A stretch of DNA of 64,000 bases from Octopus bimaculoides (GCF_001194135.2 NC_068984.1:6539301-6603300); one strand, 5' to 3'; numbered from the stretch's first letter, positions 23,377 through 35,628 are shown. Made by a program: numbers and translations. The notes: a model not told the origin generated them from the letters alone.

Positions 23377-25470
23377 ATTATTATTCAGCAGTTTTATTTT
23401 TATCACGTGTTTTCACTGCATTACCCATCACAGCTCTGTGGGCCTAGGGTATGTGCTGTGGCTTGTTTTGGTATCGTTATTTTCATTGTATTGAAAGTGC
23501 TTTATGTAGGATCTGCGCGGTGCCTCGTAGTGCTATTTTCTACGTTATTTATATTCGTAAGTCCTACTCTTTTGGTCATGTATTTCACTGTGTCTTTTTA
23601 AATCATACCTAATGCACCTATTATTATAGGGATTGTTTCTACTTTTAGACTCAACATTCAAGTTACCCCATTTTTGTATTTTGAGAGTGTCTCCCTTTCT
23701 TTTAGATATACATTACCGTTTATTGGAATGTCGATTAGATATCATTTTTTTCTTGAAGATCTCTGACAACTATATCTAATCTATTAAGCTTGATCATTCT
23801 ATCTGCGTATTGGCATATTATGGAGGCGCAATGGTTAGGTAGTGGAATCGCAGTCGTAGGATGGCAGTTTCGATTCCCAGACCGGGCGTTGTGAGTGTTT
23901 ATAGAGCAAAAACACTCAAAGCTCCACGAGGCTCCGGCAGAGAGTGTTGGCGAACCCTGCTGTACTCTTTCACAACTTCCTCACACTCTTTCTTCCTGTT
24001 TCTATTGTACCTGTTTTTCAAAGCTTTGTCATACTCTGTGAGACGCTGAGTATCACCGAGAACTACGTTAAGGGTACACGTGTCTGTGGAGTGCTCAGCC
24101 ACATGCACGTTAATTTTACGAGCAGGCTGTTCCGTTGATTGGATCAACTGGAACCCTCGTTGCAGTAACCGACGAAGTGCCACGATTGGAATATTCCTGA
24201 GTGTGGTTGCTTTGTCATTTTCTGAGACCTTTTCTGGGATATGCCTATACCATCTTTTTTCTGTAGTATTAGTATAACTTTCAGTGTATATAAGTCCCAT
24301 TTCTGTCATGCCCGCGAATATATTCTTTCTTAGCCAGGACCAAGCAACCAGAGACAATATGATTCATTGTTTCTTTCCCATCATCGCTTATTCTGCAGTT
24401 GCTTGTTGTACTTTTCTTCAATATGTGTTTCTGGTGGTAAGGGTTTGATCTTGTGTCACCGTTAAAAATCCTTCAGTCTCCTCTTCACGTCCTGAGCTTC
24501 TCTACCATTGTCTGAATTTTACTTTGCTTCTATCCCAATATTTGCCATATAAGGGCTTTTCTTGCCTTCATTCTATCATGGAATTTTAGCTTAGACTTCA
24601 TTTGCTTTACAGCTTTTGATATTTGCTCTTTTACTTCACAATTATAAGGTACTATGACTTCTTTCTTGCATTTTTCGGTTTCCTTAAAGACAGGAAATAT
24701 TTTTTCCTAGTTTTGTGGCTATATGTATCAGTTTTCCTTGGTTCTCAGCTATGTAACCCCATGGTGTTTACTTAGTAATTTTCTAGTTGCATAAGGCCTC
24801 TATCACTTTCAATTCGTTGTATATATCATCTTTCTATATCACATTTTGGGTAGTGTATTCTAAATTCCGCCATTAGTTTTCTGTCTAGTTTGGTTAGTTC
24901 ATTTCGTGTCCAATTAACAAAATTGAAACTAACTTATAACTGGGAGAGTCAACGTATTATTTTGTTTTTCGCATTGAGCTCTGTTTTAAGTATTTATCTA
25001 ACTTGTCTATAATATTCCTTCCTTATCTTCTCTTTCATTTGTGTGTGCTGTACCGTATCTAGTTCATTGATTTCTAAGTGTTTGGGTTTGGTCTAATTCT
25101 CTTCTTTCATTTTATTTATCCAGTGTTGTATTATTACTCTTAACTAGTTTTCCTCTTTTCAATGTTGCTTTCGCACATTTTCCAAAGCCAAATTTCATAT
25201 TTTTTCTTTGGTAAATCCATGCACTGTCTGTAATAATGTTCGCAGTTGTTCATCATTTGAAGCATATAGTCTTAGATCATTCATATACAAGAGATGGTTA
25301 ATTGTGTTTATCGTAGCAGTTGTATCAAGATCCATTTCTGTTTAGAATGTCAATTAAAAGCGTCAGTGCCAGGCAAAAACGCGTCTCCTTGCAATATTCC
25401 TCTCCTCATGCGGATGGCTTTAGTTTCGATGATTCCCTCTTTTGTCTGGAGCTGCAGCATTGTTTGCCAT
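23377..25470 (-). mobile_element. R4/Dong LINE, family B: RT to 3' UTR, decayed, interrupted by a SINE
   Basis: IRMRRGILQGD, INHLLYMNDLRLYASND (YMDD to YMND), MKFGFGKCAKATLKRGKLV, KRWYRHIPEKVSEND, IPIIIGALG, KIALRGTAQIL; distinct 3' UTR ending ctgctgaataataat. Confidence 0.9.
23822..24184 (+). mobile_element. SINE family 3, full length, with an 11-bp TSD
   Basis: Colinear with 45350-45732. Flanked by attggcatatt (23809-19) and attggaatatt (24185-95); the duplicated site corresponds to the N-M-P-I codons of the host LINE. Confidence 0.9.
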
Positions 25471-25489
25471 TTATTCATGCATGTATGTC

Positions 25490-25705
25490 TTTATGTCTAT
25501 GTTTGTCCCCCACCACCGCTTGACGACCGGTGCTGGTGTGTTTACGTCTCCGTAACCTAGCGGAACGGCAAAAGAGACCTATAGAATAAGTACTAGGCTT
25601 TAAAAAATAAGTCTGGAGCTGGATTTGTTCGGCTAAAGGCCATCAAGGCTGTGCCCCAGCATGGCCGCAGTCTAATGACTGAAACAAGTAAAGTGATAAA
25701 AAGAT
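25490..25705 (+). mobile_element. SINE family 1, 3' half
   Basis: tttgtcccccaccaccgcttgac...gaataagtactaggc...ccccagcatggccgcagtctaatgactgaaacaagtaaa. Confidence 0.88.
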
Positions 25706-25719
25706 CTTTTATTTTTTTA

Positions 25720-25820
25720 CTCTTTTACTTGATTCACTCATTTGACTGCGGCCATGCTGGAGCGCCACCTTGAATGATTAATCGACTTCTTTTAAGCCTA
25801 GTACTTATTCTAGCGGTCTC
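25720..25820 (-). mobile_element. SINE family 1, 3' tail fragment
   Basis: tttgactgcggccatgctggagcgcc...aagcctagtacttattc. Confidence 0.85.
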
Positions 25821-25823
25821 TAC

Positions 25824-26075
25824 TTGGCTCCTGCTCTCTCTTCTTGGCTCCTCCTCTCTCTTCCTGGTTCTTGCTCTCTCTTTTTGGCTCATCCTCTCTC
25901 ATCTTGGCCCTTCCTCTTTCCTCTTGGCCCCTCCTCTCTCCTCTTGGCTCCTTCTCTCTCTTCTTGGCTCATCCTCTCTCCTCTTGGCTCCTCCTCCCTT
26001 CTCTTGGCTCCTTCTCTCTCTCCTTGGCTCCTCCTCTCTTTCTGGCTCCTCCTCTCTTTCTGGCTCCTCCTCTCT
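25824..26075. repeat. Minisatellite, 20-bp unit (TTGGCTCCTCCTCTCTCYTC) x about 13
   Basis: Successive TTGGC starts are 20 bp apart; the last units are shortened to 18-19 bp. Confidence 0.92.
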
Positions 26076-26429
26076 CTATCCGTGGGAGTATATTTAATGG
26101 GTATAAGGAAAGGTAAAGTGTTCATGTCAACCATACTCAAATTATAAATAATGTCTCTCTCTCTTCCCCCAATCTCTCGATCTCTTTATAGGTATGTACA
26201 TCTTTCTGCGCACACGCATGTCAATGTCTTCACCTCTAGTGCTAAACAGGCTCAATATCCAGTCATCCGCGCCAAATCGCCAGCGTCCGAACATCTACGC
26301 TTAATCGTCTCATTCCTTGCACAGCTAAATGCATCTTAACATAACTCTCAGGCTGCAATCAGTGTAACACAGTGTGCGACGAGGATGGATTATTCGATTA
26401 TTTATAAAATGAAATAAACGGGCTTCACT

Positions 26430-26575
26430 GCAGTTTCCGTCAGCTCGTTTCGTACATAAGCATTGAGTCAATCTAAAGCTATGATAAAAGACGCTTATTC
26501 AGTATGCCATATAGTGGGATTGACCCGTGGACAACATGATTGCGAAGCGAACCTCTTAACCACTCGGTTCTGCCT
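26430..26575 (-). mobile_element. SINE family 1, degenerate 5' half
   Basis: tgcagtttccgtc...aagacgcttattc...agtgggattgaccc...cttaaccactcgg. Confidence 0.6.
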
Positions 26576-26579
26576 ATGT

Positions 26580-27145
26580 ACATGCACAAGGCTTGCAATT
26601 TTAGGGAAGGGAATAAATTGATTACAGCGAAGCCAGGGCTTATTTTATCGGCCCCGGAAGAATGAGAGGTAAAGTTGACTTCGGCAGAATTTGAACTCAG
26701 AATGTAAAGAGCAGGAACTTTTAGTAGATGCGCTGACGATTCCGCCAGCTCACCATTTAAATAATAATAATTTTTACCACTGACTGGTATTTTATTCTAT
26801 CGATTCTAAAGGGATGAAAAGAATAGGTGACCTCGGCAAGATTTAGACTCAGAATGAAAAGTGCCAAAAGAAATGTCTTGAAACGTTTTGTTCGATTCTA
26901 CCAGCTTTACCGCCGTGTCATCTTCTAATAATGGTCCCAAATTTTGGCACTAGATCAGTAATTTTGGGGAAGTGTAGAAGTCGATACGTTGATTCCAGTA
27001 ATCCACTGGTACTTATTTTATCGCCCCTGAAAGGGTGAAAGTCAAAGTCACCTCGGTGGAATTTGAACTCTTATCGCAAAGGCAGACGAAATCCAGCTAA
27101 GCATTTTGTCAGCCGAGCTGATGATTCTACCAGCTCGCCACCTTT
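26580..27145 (-). mobile_element. Three tandem SINE family 2 copies (about 26580-26760, 26780-26915, 26935-27145)
   Basis: Each has the cctcgg/cttcgg...atttgaactc B-box region and a ccagct..cc head end. Confidence 0.82.
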
Positions 27146-27525
27146 GCCATCTCCTAATAATATAGAGTTAAGCCAGAGAACTTCAACACCCCCACCCACC
27201 GGCTAATTTATATATAAACCACGTGATGTAAATTACGCAGCAGTGATTCATTATCGTATATCAATATGTGGGAAGAATAATTGGAGAAGGGGGCGGGAGG
27301 TGGTTATCTTCTAATACTGATCATCACAGATTTACAAGCAGCCAGTCACGTTCATGTTCTTGTTGTTGTTGTTCTAAGTCTTGCTTTGGTGTTTTTGTTG
27401 TTATTGGTGGTGGAGGCGGTCTAATGACCAATACTGTTTTATTTTTGAAGTATTTGTTATTGTTGTTGTTGCTATTTCTGATCTTATCATTGCTGTTGTT
27501 GTTGTGCCGTTACTGTTGTTATGAT

Positions 27526-27933
27526 TCTTTTACTTGATTCAATCACCAGGCTGCGGCCATGCTAGGGCACCACTTTGAAAATATTCTACTCAAACGAATC
27601 GACTTACATCCCTAACTTTTATTTTTAAAGCCTGGTATTTATTCTAGTAGTCTTTTGCGCCGAAGCGTTAAGTTACGGAGACATAAACACGCCAACACCG
27701 GTTGTGAAGTGGTGGTGGGGACAAGCACAGATACACATACGCACAATCCTCGCCCCCACCACGCATATATGATGGGATTCTATCAGTTTCCGTCTGACGA
27801 ATTCACTCTCAAGATTTTGGTTGACCCGAGGCTATAGTAGAAAACGCTTGCCCAAAGGCCCACGCAGTGGGACTGAGCCCGGAACATTATGGTTGGGAAG
27901 CAATCTTCTTACCACACAGCCACGCCTTTGCCT
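27526..27933 (-). mobile_element. SINE family 1, full length
   Basis: Tail ctgcggccatgctagggcacc through head ttaccacacagccacgcc. Confidence 0.88.
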
Positions 27934-27985
27934 ATGATTGTTGTTGTTGCTTTTGCAAAATGCGCTTTTTATTATTTTTTAAAAT

Positions 27986-28140
27986 TTGTTTCAGTCATTT
28001 TCACAAATCGACCCGAGGACTTACTTTTTGTAAGCCTAGTACTTATTCTATCGTTCTCCTTTTGCCTAACTGCTAAGTTACGGGGACGTAAACACACTAG
28101 CATCGGTTGTCAAGTGAGGGTAGCGGCGGACAAACACAGA
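27986..28140 (-). mobile_element. SINE family 1, 3' half
   Basis: aaatcgacccgaggac...gtaagcctagtacttattctatcg...taagttacggggacgtaaacac. Confidence 0.85.
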
Positions 28141-28151
28141 CGCACAAACAT

Positions 28152-28192
<41 letters not shown>

Positions 28193-28457
28193 CATACACA
28201 ACTACGTACATATATACATACATACGTACATACATTCATACATACATATGTGCATGCATGCATACATACATAACTGCCCTGTCAGTACATAGACTTGTGC
28301 TATAAATGTGGCCATAAGGGTCTTTGGCTCTTATTTCTAGCAATGTAGGTGCTACACTACCACTGCACCCTCAGTCACTATTAGTGAGAATTAATTTTTT
28401 CCTTTCTGCTTTCATGTTACGCTTAGCCACATTTATTATTTCATATATATACACACT

Positions 28458-28491
<34 letters not shown>

Positions 28492-28551
28492 AATTCATAA
28501 GAGTGGTACAACAAGGCACCGATATTTACTGGACAATAGCACTCGATATAA

Positions 28552-28590
<39 letters not shown>

Positions 28591-30891
28591 ACGACGACCA
28601 CTAAGTGGACAGTTAATGTGCTGACTTCCTGGTAATAAATCGATATTAATTAATATCTGATTTTTTTACCCTNNNNNNNNNNNNNNNNNNNNNNNNNNNN
28701 NNNNNNNNNNNNNNNNNNNNNNNNNNNNNNNNNNNNNNNNNNNNNNNNNNNNNNNNNNNNNNNNNNNNNNNNNNNNNNNNNNNNNNNNNNNNNNNNNNNN
28801 NNNNNNNNNNNNNNNNNNNNNNNNNNNNNNNNNNNNNNNNNNNNNNNNNNNNNNNNNNNNNNNNNNNNNNNNNNNNNNNNNNNNNNNNNNNNNNNNNNNN
28901 NNNNNNNNNNNNNNNNNNNNNNNNNNNNNNNNNNNNNNNNNNNNNNNNNNNNNNNNNNNNNNNNNNNNNNNNNNNNNNNNNNNNNNNNNNNNNNNNNNNN
29001 NNNNNNNNNNNNNNNNNNNNNNNNNNNNNNNNNNNNNNNNNNNNNNNNNNNNNNNNNNNNNNNNNNNNNNNNNNNNNNNNNNNNNNNNNNNNNNNNNNNN
29101 NNNNNNNNNNNNNNNNNNNNNNNNNNNNNNNNNNNNNNNNNNNNNNNNNNNNNNNNNNNNNNNNNNNNNNNNNNNNNNNNNNNNNNNNNNNNNNNNNNNN
29201 NNNNNNNNNNNNNNNNNNNNNNNNNNNNNNNNNNNNNNNNNNNNNNNNNNNNNNNNNNNNNNNNNNNNNNNNNNNNNNNNNNNNNNNNNNNNNNNNNNNN
29301 NNNNNNNNNNNNNNNNNNNNNNNNNNNNNNNNNNNNNNNNNNNNNNNNNNNNNNNNNNNNNNNNNNNNNNNNNNNNNNNNNNNNNNNNNNNNNNNNNNNN
29401 NNNNNNNNNNNNNNNNNNNNNNNNNNNNNNNNNNNNNNNNNNNNNNNNNNNNNNNNNNNNNNNNNNNNNNNNNNNNNNNNNNNNNNNNNNNNNNNNNNNN
29501 NNNNNNNNNNNNNNNNNNNNNNNNNNNNNNNNNNNNNNNNNNNNNNNNNNNNNNNNNNNNNNNNNNNNNNNNNNNNNNNNNNNNNNNNNNNNNNNNNNNN
29601 NNAAGAACGGTGATCGAAGAACGAGGAGCTGTGTGTGTGTGTGAGAGAGCGAGAGAATGCTGGTGATCTTGACGTATGCATGTGTGAAAATGGGGAGGGG
29701 AAAAAGGAGTTGGTCAGTTGTAGTGTGTGCGTGGTGTGATGTGAGGGCGTTGGGAGGTGGGGAAGGCATGGGAGGAGTGTGGGTTAGGCTGAGGGTGGGG
29801 GTAGAGGTAGGGGTATGTGGGTAGGGGGTGGCTGTAAGGAATTGGATGACCCGCTCAAGCTATAAACTCTTGAGCACTACTAAGTGTATCCTATACTAAG
29901 AGTTGATTCACTCTATGAACTATATATATATCTAGGGAGACTCGCGGGATGATTAGAGAAATTATGCTCTTCAAGGATTCATTGGAATGTCGTCACGAAG
30001 GTGTTCCTATCACCTTACAATCTACCTTTATATTTCTCTCTCTAATGTACTGGCTCCCCCATTTTTTCCCTTTTTTGCAGTGTTTGCTATTTATTTCACA
30101 TGTTTGTTAAAGAATGCAAAATGGCAGAGTCAAAAAAGTGTCCTGCAGAAGGCTAGCATTTACACAACATTACACCACACGCCCCAAAACGAAATTAAGT
30201 TAGAAAATACAACAAAAAAATACATATATAATTTATAAAATTCCATAGAAGATTAATTATGGGAATCCATACTCAGGCCACATTAAAATGCCTCAATTAA
30301 CACGTAAACACATAGATCTAAAAATTAATCCATGGCTATTGGAAAGAAGAAAAAAAACGGTCAAAATTTGATCGCGACCAGCAAATTAATGTGTGACTGT
30401 TGAGGCATAATGCTAGCGGTCAATAAGCATTTAATGGGAAAGTCTACAGAAACTCAATCAGTATTTAAGAAACAACAGAAACACCAATTATATTCAAGTC
30501 AATTCTTGATAATGTGTCTGTGACGGTCGAGAAATATCGGATATGGATTTTGGAACTCTATTCTTCCAAAGCAACTGTAGAAAGCAAAAACAAAATATGA
30601 AAAATTAAAGAGAAAATTTGAGCATGGGTGTGTATTTAATGGAAAACAGATATCCATCTATTTCTGTATGTGTGTATATATATATATGTCTGTCTGTGTG
30701 TGCGTGCGCGCGCGCGTGCGTGTGTGTGTGTAATGTATACGTATATATAAATTCAAACATAGTTGATTATCTGAGAAATGTAAATAAAAAGAAATATACG
30801 CGCAATAATTCCATGCTTTTATGACCAGAGAAAATTAAAGTCTCACTACGGCCAGGTCATGGTATGTTAACTGCTCCTCAGAGAAGACACA

Positions 30892-31001
<110 letters not shown>

Positions 31002-31019
31002 ATAATATAATATCTAATC

Positions 31020-31560
31020 ATATTAGGGATAACAATCCAAATTTACAGGTAAAAACTCAATTAAATTCAATTTATTAAAAATAAAAATTAAATTAAGTTT
31101 CACAGTATAAAATATATATATATATATATATAGTTTTAGGGAAAAGAACCAAGGTTCATGAACTCATCGATGAAAATCAACTGTCATATATAGAAAAATT
31201 AATAAGTAAAAGCACAATAAATAAGTACAAGATAATATAAAGTAAATATCATAAGATAATGATAATAAAACGACTACACGTGTTTCATAACCAATTTTCA
31301 AATAGAAAGAAAATTAAAATCGATTAAAACTATCGAAAATCAATTCTATTAAAAAATATAGCTAATCTTCAGGTCAAAATACAACAATAATAATAATAAA
31401 AGAATGTATATATCAACTAAGAATAAATAACAAATGAATTTATATAAAATACATATTATATTAAGGTAGAAAAATATTATTAAAAATATCAAAATTATAA
31501 ACATTCCATAATCAACCCTACGTCCATTATAATACAAACTAACAGGGAATATTATATGCA
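31020..31560 (-). mobile_element. AT-rich HHR-containing segment, probable Penelope-like terminal repeat
   Basis: Hosts the HHR at 31272-31375 and a decayed second core near 31145-31185. Boundaries are approximate. Confidence 0.45.
31272..31375 (-). ncRNA. Type I hammerhead ribozyme motif with a 79-nt extended stem II
   Basis: GAC-CTGAAGA-[T TAGCTA..AATAGAA..TCGAT/ATCGA..TTCTATT..TGGTTA T]-GAA-ACACGTGT-A-GTC; palindromic 8-nt stem III and a GUA cleavage triplet. Confidence 0.68.
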
Positions 31561-32693
31561 AAAACCAACTTTAACGAATTGAATGAAGTTTTAGGTTAAA
31601 ATGATAAAGATAGAAGTAGCACAGATCTAAACGATGCAATAGTTTAGACGAGAAGATTTAAGACTAAAACGTTTATTTAAAAGAAGTCTCGTGAAAATAT
31701 TGCGTAAAGAAATATTTTATTTAATTTCTTTGATTATACAATATTGTTAATTGTTTTATTATGACTTAAGTTATATAAAGTTTAATCTTTCATTCATAAT
31801 AAAATTTTCATTCATATTTTTTATGTCTATATATTCTATTCCTTATATTATTGCTAATTTAAAAATAGGTGGTTACGTATGTATTTTTTATGTAATTAAT
31901 TGTTTCAGATTTGTGAATATATATTTCAGAGAAACGACAGCTACTGAAAAGTTTCCTTAAATCTGGATTTGCTGTATCTTCGAAGTCACTATCAAATTTT
32001 TAGCAAATATTTTACATTGTATCACATTTTGGTTTTAATTCAGTTAATGTTTTTACCAAGTCTAAGCGAAAACGTACGTATATTAACATCTCTCTCTCTT
32101 CCTCTTCCTTTCACTCTCACTCTCCCCCTCTCTCTCCCTCTCTCTCTCTATCTATCTATTCATATGTGTGTGTGTGTGTGTGTGTGTGCTTACGTATGTA
32201 GACTAGATGCATATATGTGTCTGTAATATTTATTCACTTCATTTTTTTTACAGTTATTGGGGCGTTAACATTGTTTTGTTCCACAATTAACTGCAGTATG
32301 ACAACAATATGTATGTGTATATACATGTGTTCTCATACCCCCCCCCACACACACATACATACATACATACATACACACACATACATAAATGCATAAATAC
32401 ATATATACACACATACATACACATACATAGATTCATATATACATATATATATATGCATATATACATATACATATATGTATACACACGTATATATATAGAT
32501 ATAATTGTTCACTCTCTATAGATATATGCATCCATCCAGACGTAGATACTAGGTCCATATATATATATATATATATACATACATTTATATATATGTATAA
32601 ATATATACATATTCACACGCACATGCATAAACATATNNNNNNNNNNNNNNNNNNNNNNNNNNNNNNNNNNNNNNNNNNNNNNNNNNNNNNNNN

Positions 32694-32757
<64 letters not shown>

Positions 32758-33032
32758 TACAAACATAACTGAAGTCACATAATTCTTTGTATACAAACAT
32801 ACATGTTCTATATGAATTAATATTTATACAGTTCATATATATATATATATATAAACATATGATGCGTACATACATGTATATGTATAATACATATATATAT
32901 ACATATAGAAATATATACACACATACATATATATATACATATACATATGTATATACATATACATATATATATACACACATGCATGCATATTAATACACGC
33001 ACACACACAAACACAAACACACGCGCACACAC

Positions 33033-33081
<49 letters not shown>

Positions 33082-33087
33082 CACACA

Positions 33088-33134
33088 CAGTAGTACCTCG
33101 GTTTACGAACGCCTCTGATCGCGAATAAATCGTG

Positions 33135-33135
<1 letters not shown>
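33088..33135 (+). mobile_element. Solo Tigger-like TIR end
   Basis: cagtagtacctcggtttacgaac resembles Tigger/pogo termini; no partner end found. Confidence 0.4.
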
Positions 33136-33178
<43 letters not shown>

Positions 33179-34123
33179 TACAACATATGGATGCTTGCAT
33201 GCGTGTTTGCATGTCTGTGTATATCGGTCAGTTAGATATTAAACCGATATTTTCATTCTTTAAATATCAATAACTATTTTTTTGTTTTTACTTTCTCAGC
33301 GGCGTGTAGGTTACTAGACTATTCCGTATACTTCGTTACTTGCTTAAAATTAAACAGTTCTCCCTTCAAAGTTGGCGCCATATTTTACTGGATTCGAGCA
33401 ACAAAAAGAGAAACTTATCCCAAAGGAACATTCTATTTGAAGAGAGTAGAATCGACTGCAATATGTCAAATATGACAACCAGCATATTCTAAAAGAATGA
33501 ACCATCCAAGAGGAAGATAAACTACTTTGCTGATTCTTTCTTTGCGATTCAGTGAACGGAAATGGTACGGGTGAGATATGAGCAATTGTCATATTTCTTT
33601 TTTTTTTGTTTTTGGATTTTGTTTTATTCTGGTTAAAGAAGACATCAGAGAGAATAACAGACATTCTAAGTGGAGTAGAAATATCGTTTTAACTGGGAAT
33701 ATGAAGAGCAACAAAGAAAAGGAAGATAAGAATGGAGGAAATGATATATATATATAATGGTCGTTTGTATAGATTAATGAATGTATCAATAGTTTAGATA
33801 CAATAGAAGCAGATCAATATACAGGAGGAAATAGATTGAAGGAAAGATACACAGTGTTCTCTCAGCGGATTGCTCTTTCATTCTCTCTGCATAAATGCAA
33901 ACGCGCACAGACAGACAGACAGACAGACACAAACGCACACACACGCCCACCCACCAACACATATATACATGATGCATGCATATGTATTTATACACATTCA
34001 TACATACATGTATGTATGTGTATATATGTATTTTATATATATGTATGTAAGCATTATGCATATAACCTGTGAGTGTGAGTGTATATATATGTATATATAT
34101 ATATGTTTGTATATGTATATGTA

Positions 34124-34162
<39 letters not shown>

Positions 34163-34304
34163 ATATANNNNNNNNNNNNNNNNNNNNNNNNNNNNNNNNN
34201 NNNNNNNNNNNNNNNNNNNNNNNNNNNNNNNNNNNNNNNNNNNNNNNNNNNNNNNNNNNNNNNNNNNNNNNNNNNNNNNNNNNNNNNNNNNNNNNNNNNN
34301 NNNN

Positions 34305-35270
34305 AGGAGTTGCACAAAATAATGGAAACACCTTAAAATTTCTAACAAATTTATTTTAATATGGGGTAGGATCGCTTTGGCAGTAATTACTGCTTGAATT
34401 CTATGAGGTATGGAATCGTGCGAAATTTGAATTGTTTCCAAAGGAATTTTTGTCCATTCTTCAGCTGAAACAGTCTCCAGTTCTTGTAGTGATGATGCTG
34501 GAGGATTCGACTCCTTACTTATTTTTCTAAAATGCACCATAAATGTTCAATAATATTGATATCCGGGGACTGTGGTGGCCAGATAAGATATTCAACTTGG
34601 CTAGAATGTTCCTCGTGCTATTCAGTAACAACTTTAGCTGTGTGAATTGGTGCATTATTATTCTGAAAGATGGCGCTTCCCTCCGGAAACAGTTCCGAAA
34701 CCATAGAATGAATTTGATCAGATAAAATGCTTAAATAGTCTTGACTATTAATTCTGCCATGAAGGGAAACCATTGAGCCGCTGGATTTCCAAGATATAGC
34801 CTCTTCCACAGATCCTCCTCCATGTTTAACTGTTGGAAGAAAGCAGTCTAAGTCAAATGCTTCTTTTGGCTGTCTCCACACGTATACTCGGCCAGTGGTC
34901 GGAAATTAGGTAAAAGATGACTCGTCCGAGAAAACAGTGGAAAAGATATTTTTCCACTGTTTTAGGGACCAATTCTCCCTCTTTCTCAAAAGCTGTACTT
35001 ACTTTCGAGACAGTACTTCTTGATACACCAAACATTTCGGCTGTTTTAGTTGCGTTAGCGCCTGCCATAGGATTAGCAACAATTTGACCTCTTTGAAAGT
35101 CCGATAGATCTGTCGTTTTAATGAATTTTAATTACTTTTTTCTGATGATATCTGAAAAGAAACAGCAATGATAACGGCGCCGAATGATTACAACACCAAT
35201 CTGCTAGAAATAGACCCCAAATCGTATATGACACACTTAGATTATTACTCCACTACACAAGGTTGTAAGA
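34305..35270 (-). mobile_element. Tc1-family transposon, internally deleted, one TIR visible; decayed transposase at about 35116-34356
   Basis: TDLSDFQRGQIV..AGANATKTAEMFGVSRSTVSKV (HTH), FSDESSF, TVKHGGGSV, IFQNNNAPIHTAK, WPPQSPDINIIEHLW. TIR-like aggagttgcacaaaataatggaaacacc abuts the gap at 34305. Confidence 0.9.
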
Positions 35271-35312
35271 CATGAAAATTGACAGCGAGGGTTTATAAAA
35301 TAATTTGGATAG

Positions 35313-35373
35313 TCCCAAATCTATAGGATTTCACGGTTTGAGTTATTAAAACTCTTTCCGATCATCAGTGGAA
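35313..35373 (-). ncRNA. Type I hammerhead ribozyme motif with a two-segment stem II
   Basis: TTCCA-CTGATGA-T-CGG-AAA-GAGTT(TTAAT)AACTC-AAA-CCG-T-GAA-ATC(CTATA)GAT-T-TGGGA; all three stems pair. Confidence 0.75.
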
Positions 35374-35508
35374 ACCTACCGAAACGTAAATAAATGAAAA
35401 ATACATTATACATACCGCCATAAGCACAAAATAATGTACGGGCATTTCTCACGTATTCACGAATTAAAATCCAGGCACCTATTCCAAGCATGTGCTTATT
35501 TACTACCA

Positions 35509-35568
<60 letters not shown>

Positions 35569-35569
35569 G

Positions 35570-35628
<59 letters not shown>

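Noticed and set aside
25824-26075. CRISPR-like array
   Set aside because: Units are contiguous with no unique spacers, the context is eukaryotic, and there are no cas genes.
25774-26147. Leu/Ser-rich ORFs resembling membrane proteins
   Set aside because: Products of the 20-bp minisatellite.
31380-31950. Very AT-rich stretch as a mitochondrial insertion
   Set aside because: No mitochondrial protein, rRNA or tRNA motif is recognisable; it is better explained as part of the HHR-bearing repeat and flank.
35355-35392. Overlapping plus-strand hammerhead (CCGATCA...GAAACGTA) opposite the 35313 HHR
   Set aside because: The core is wrong at U4 and at the essential G8, and stems I and II pair poorly.
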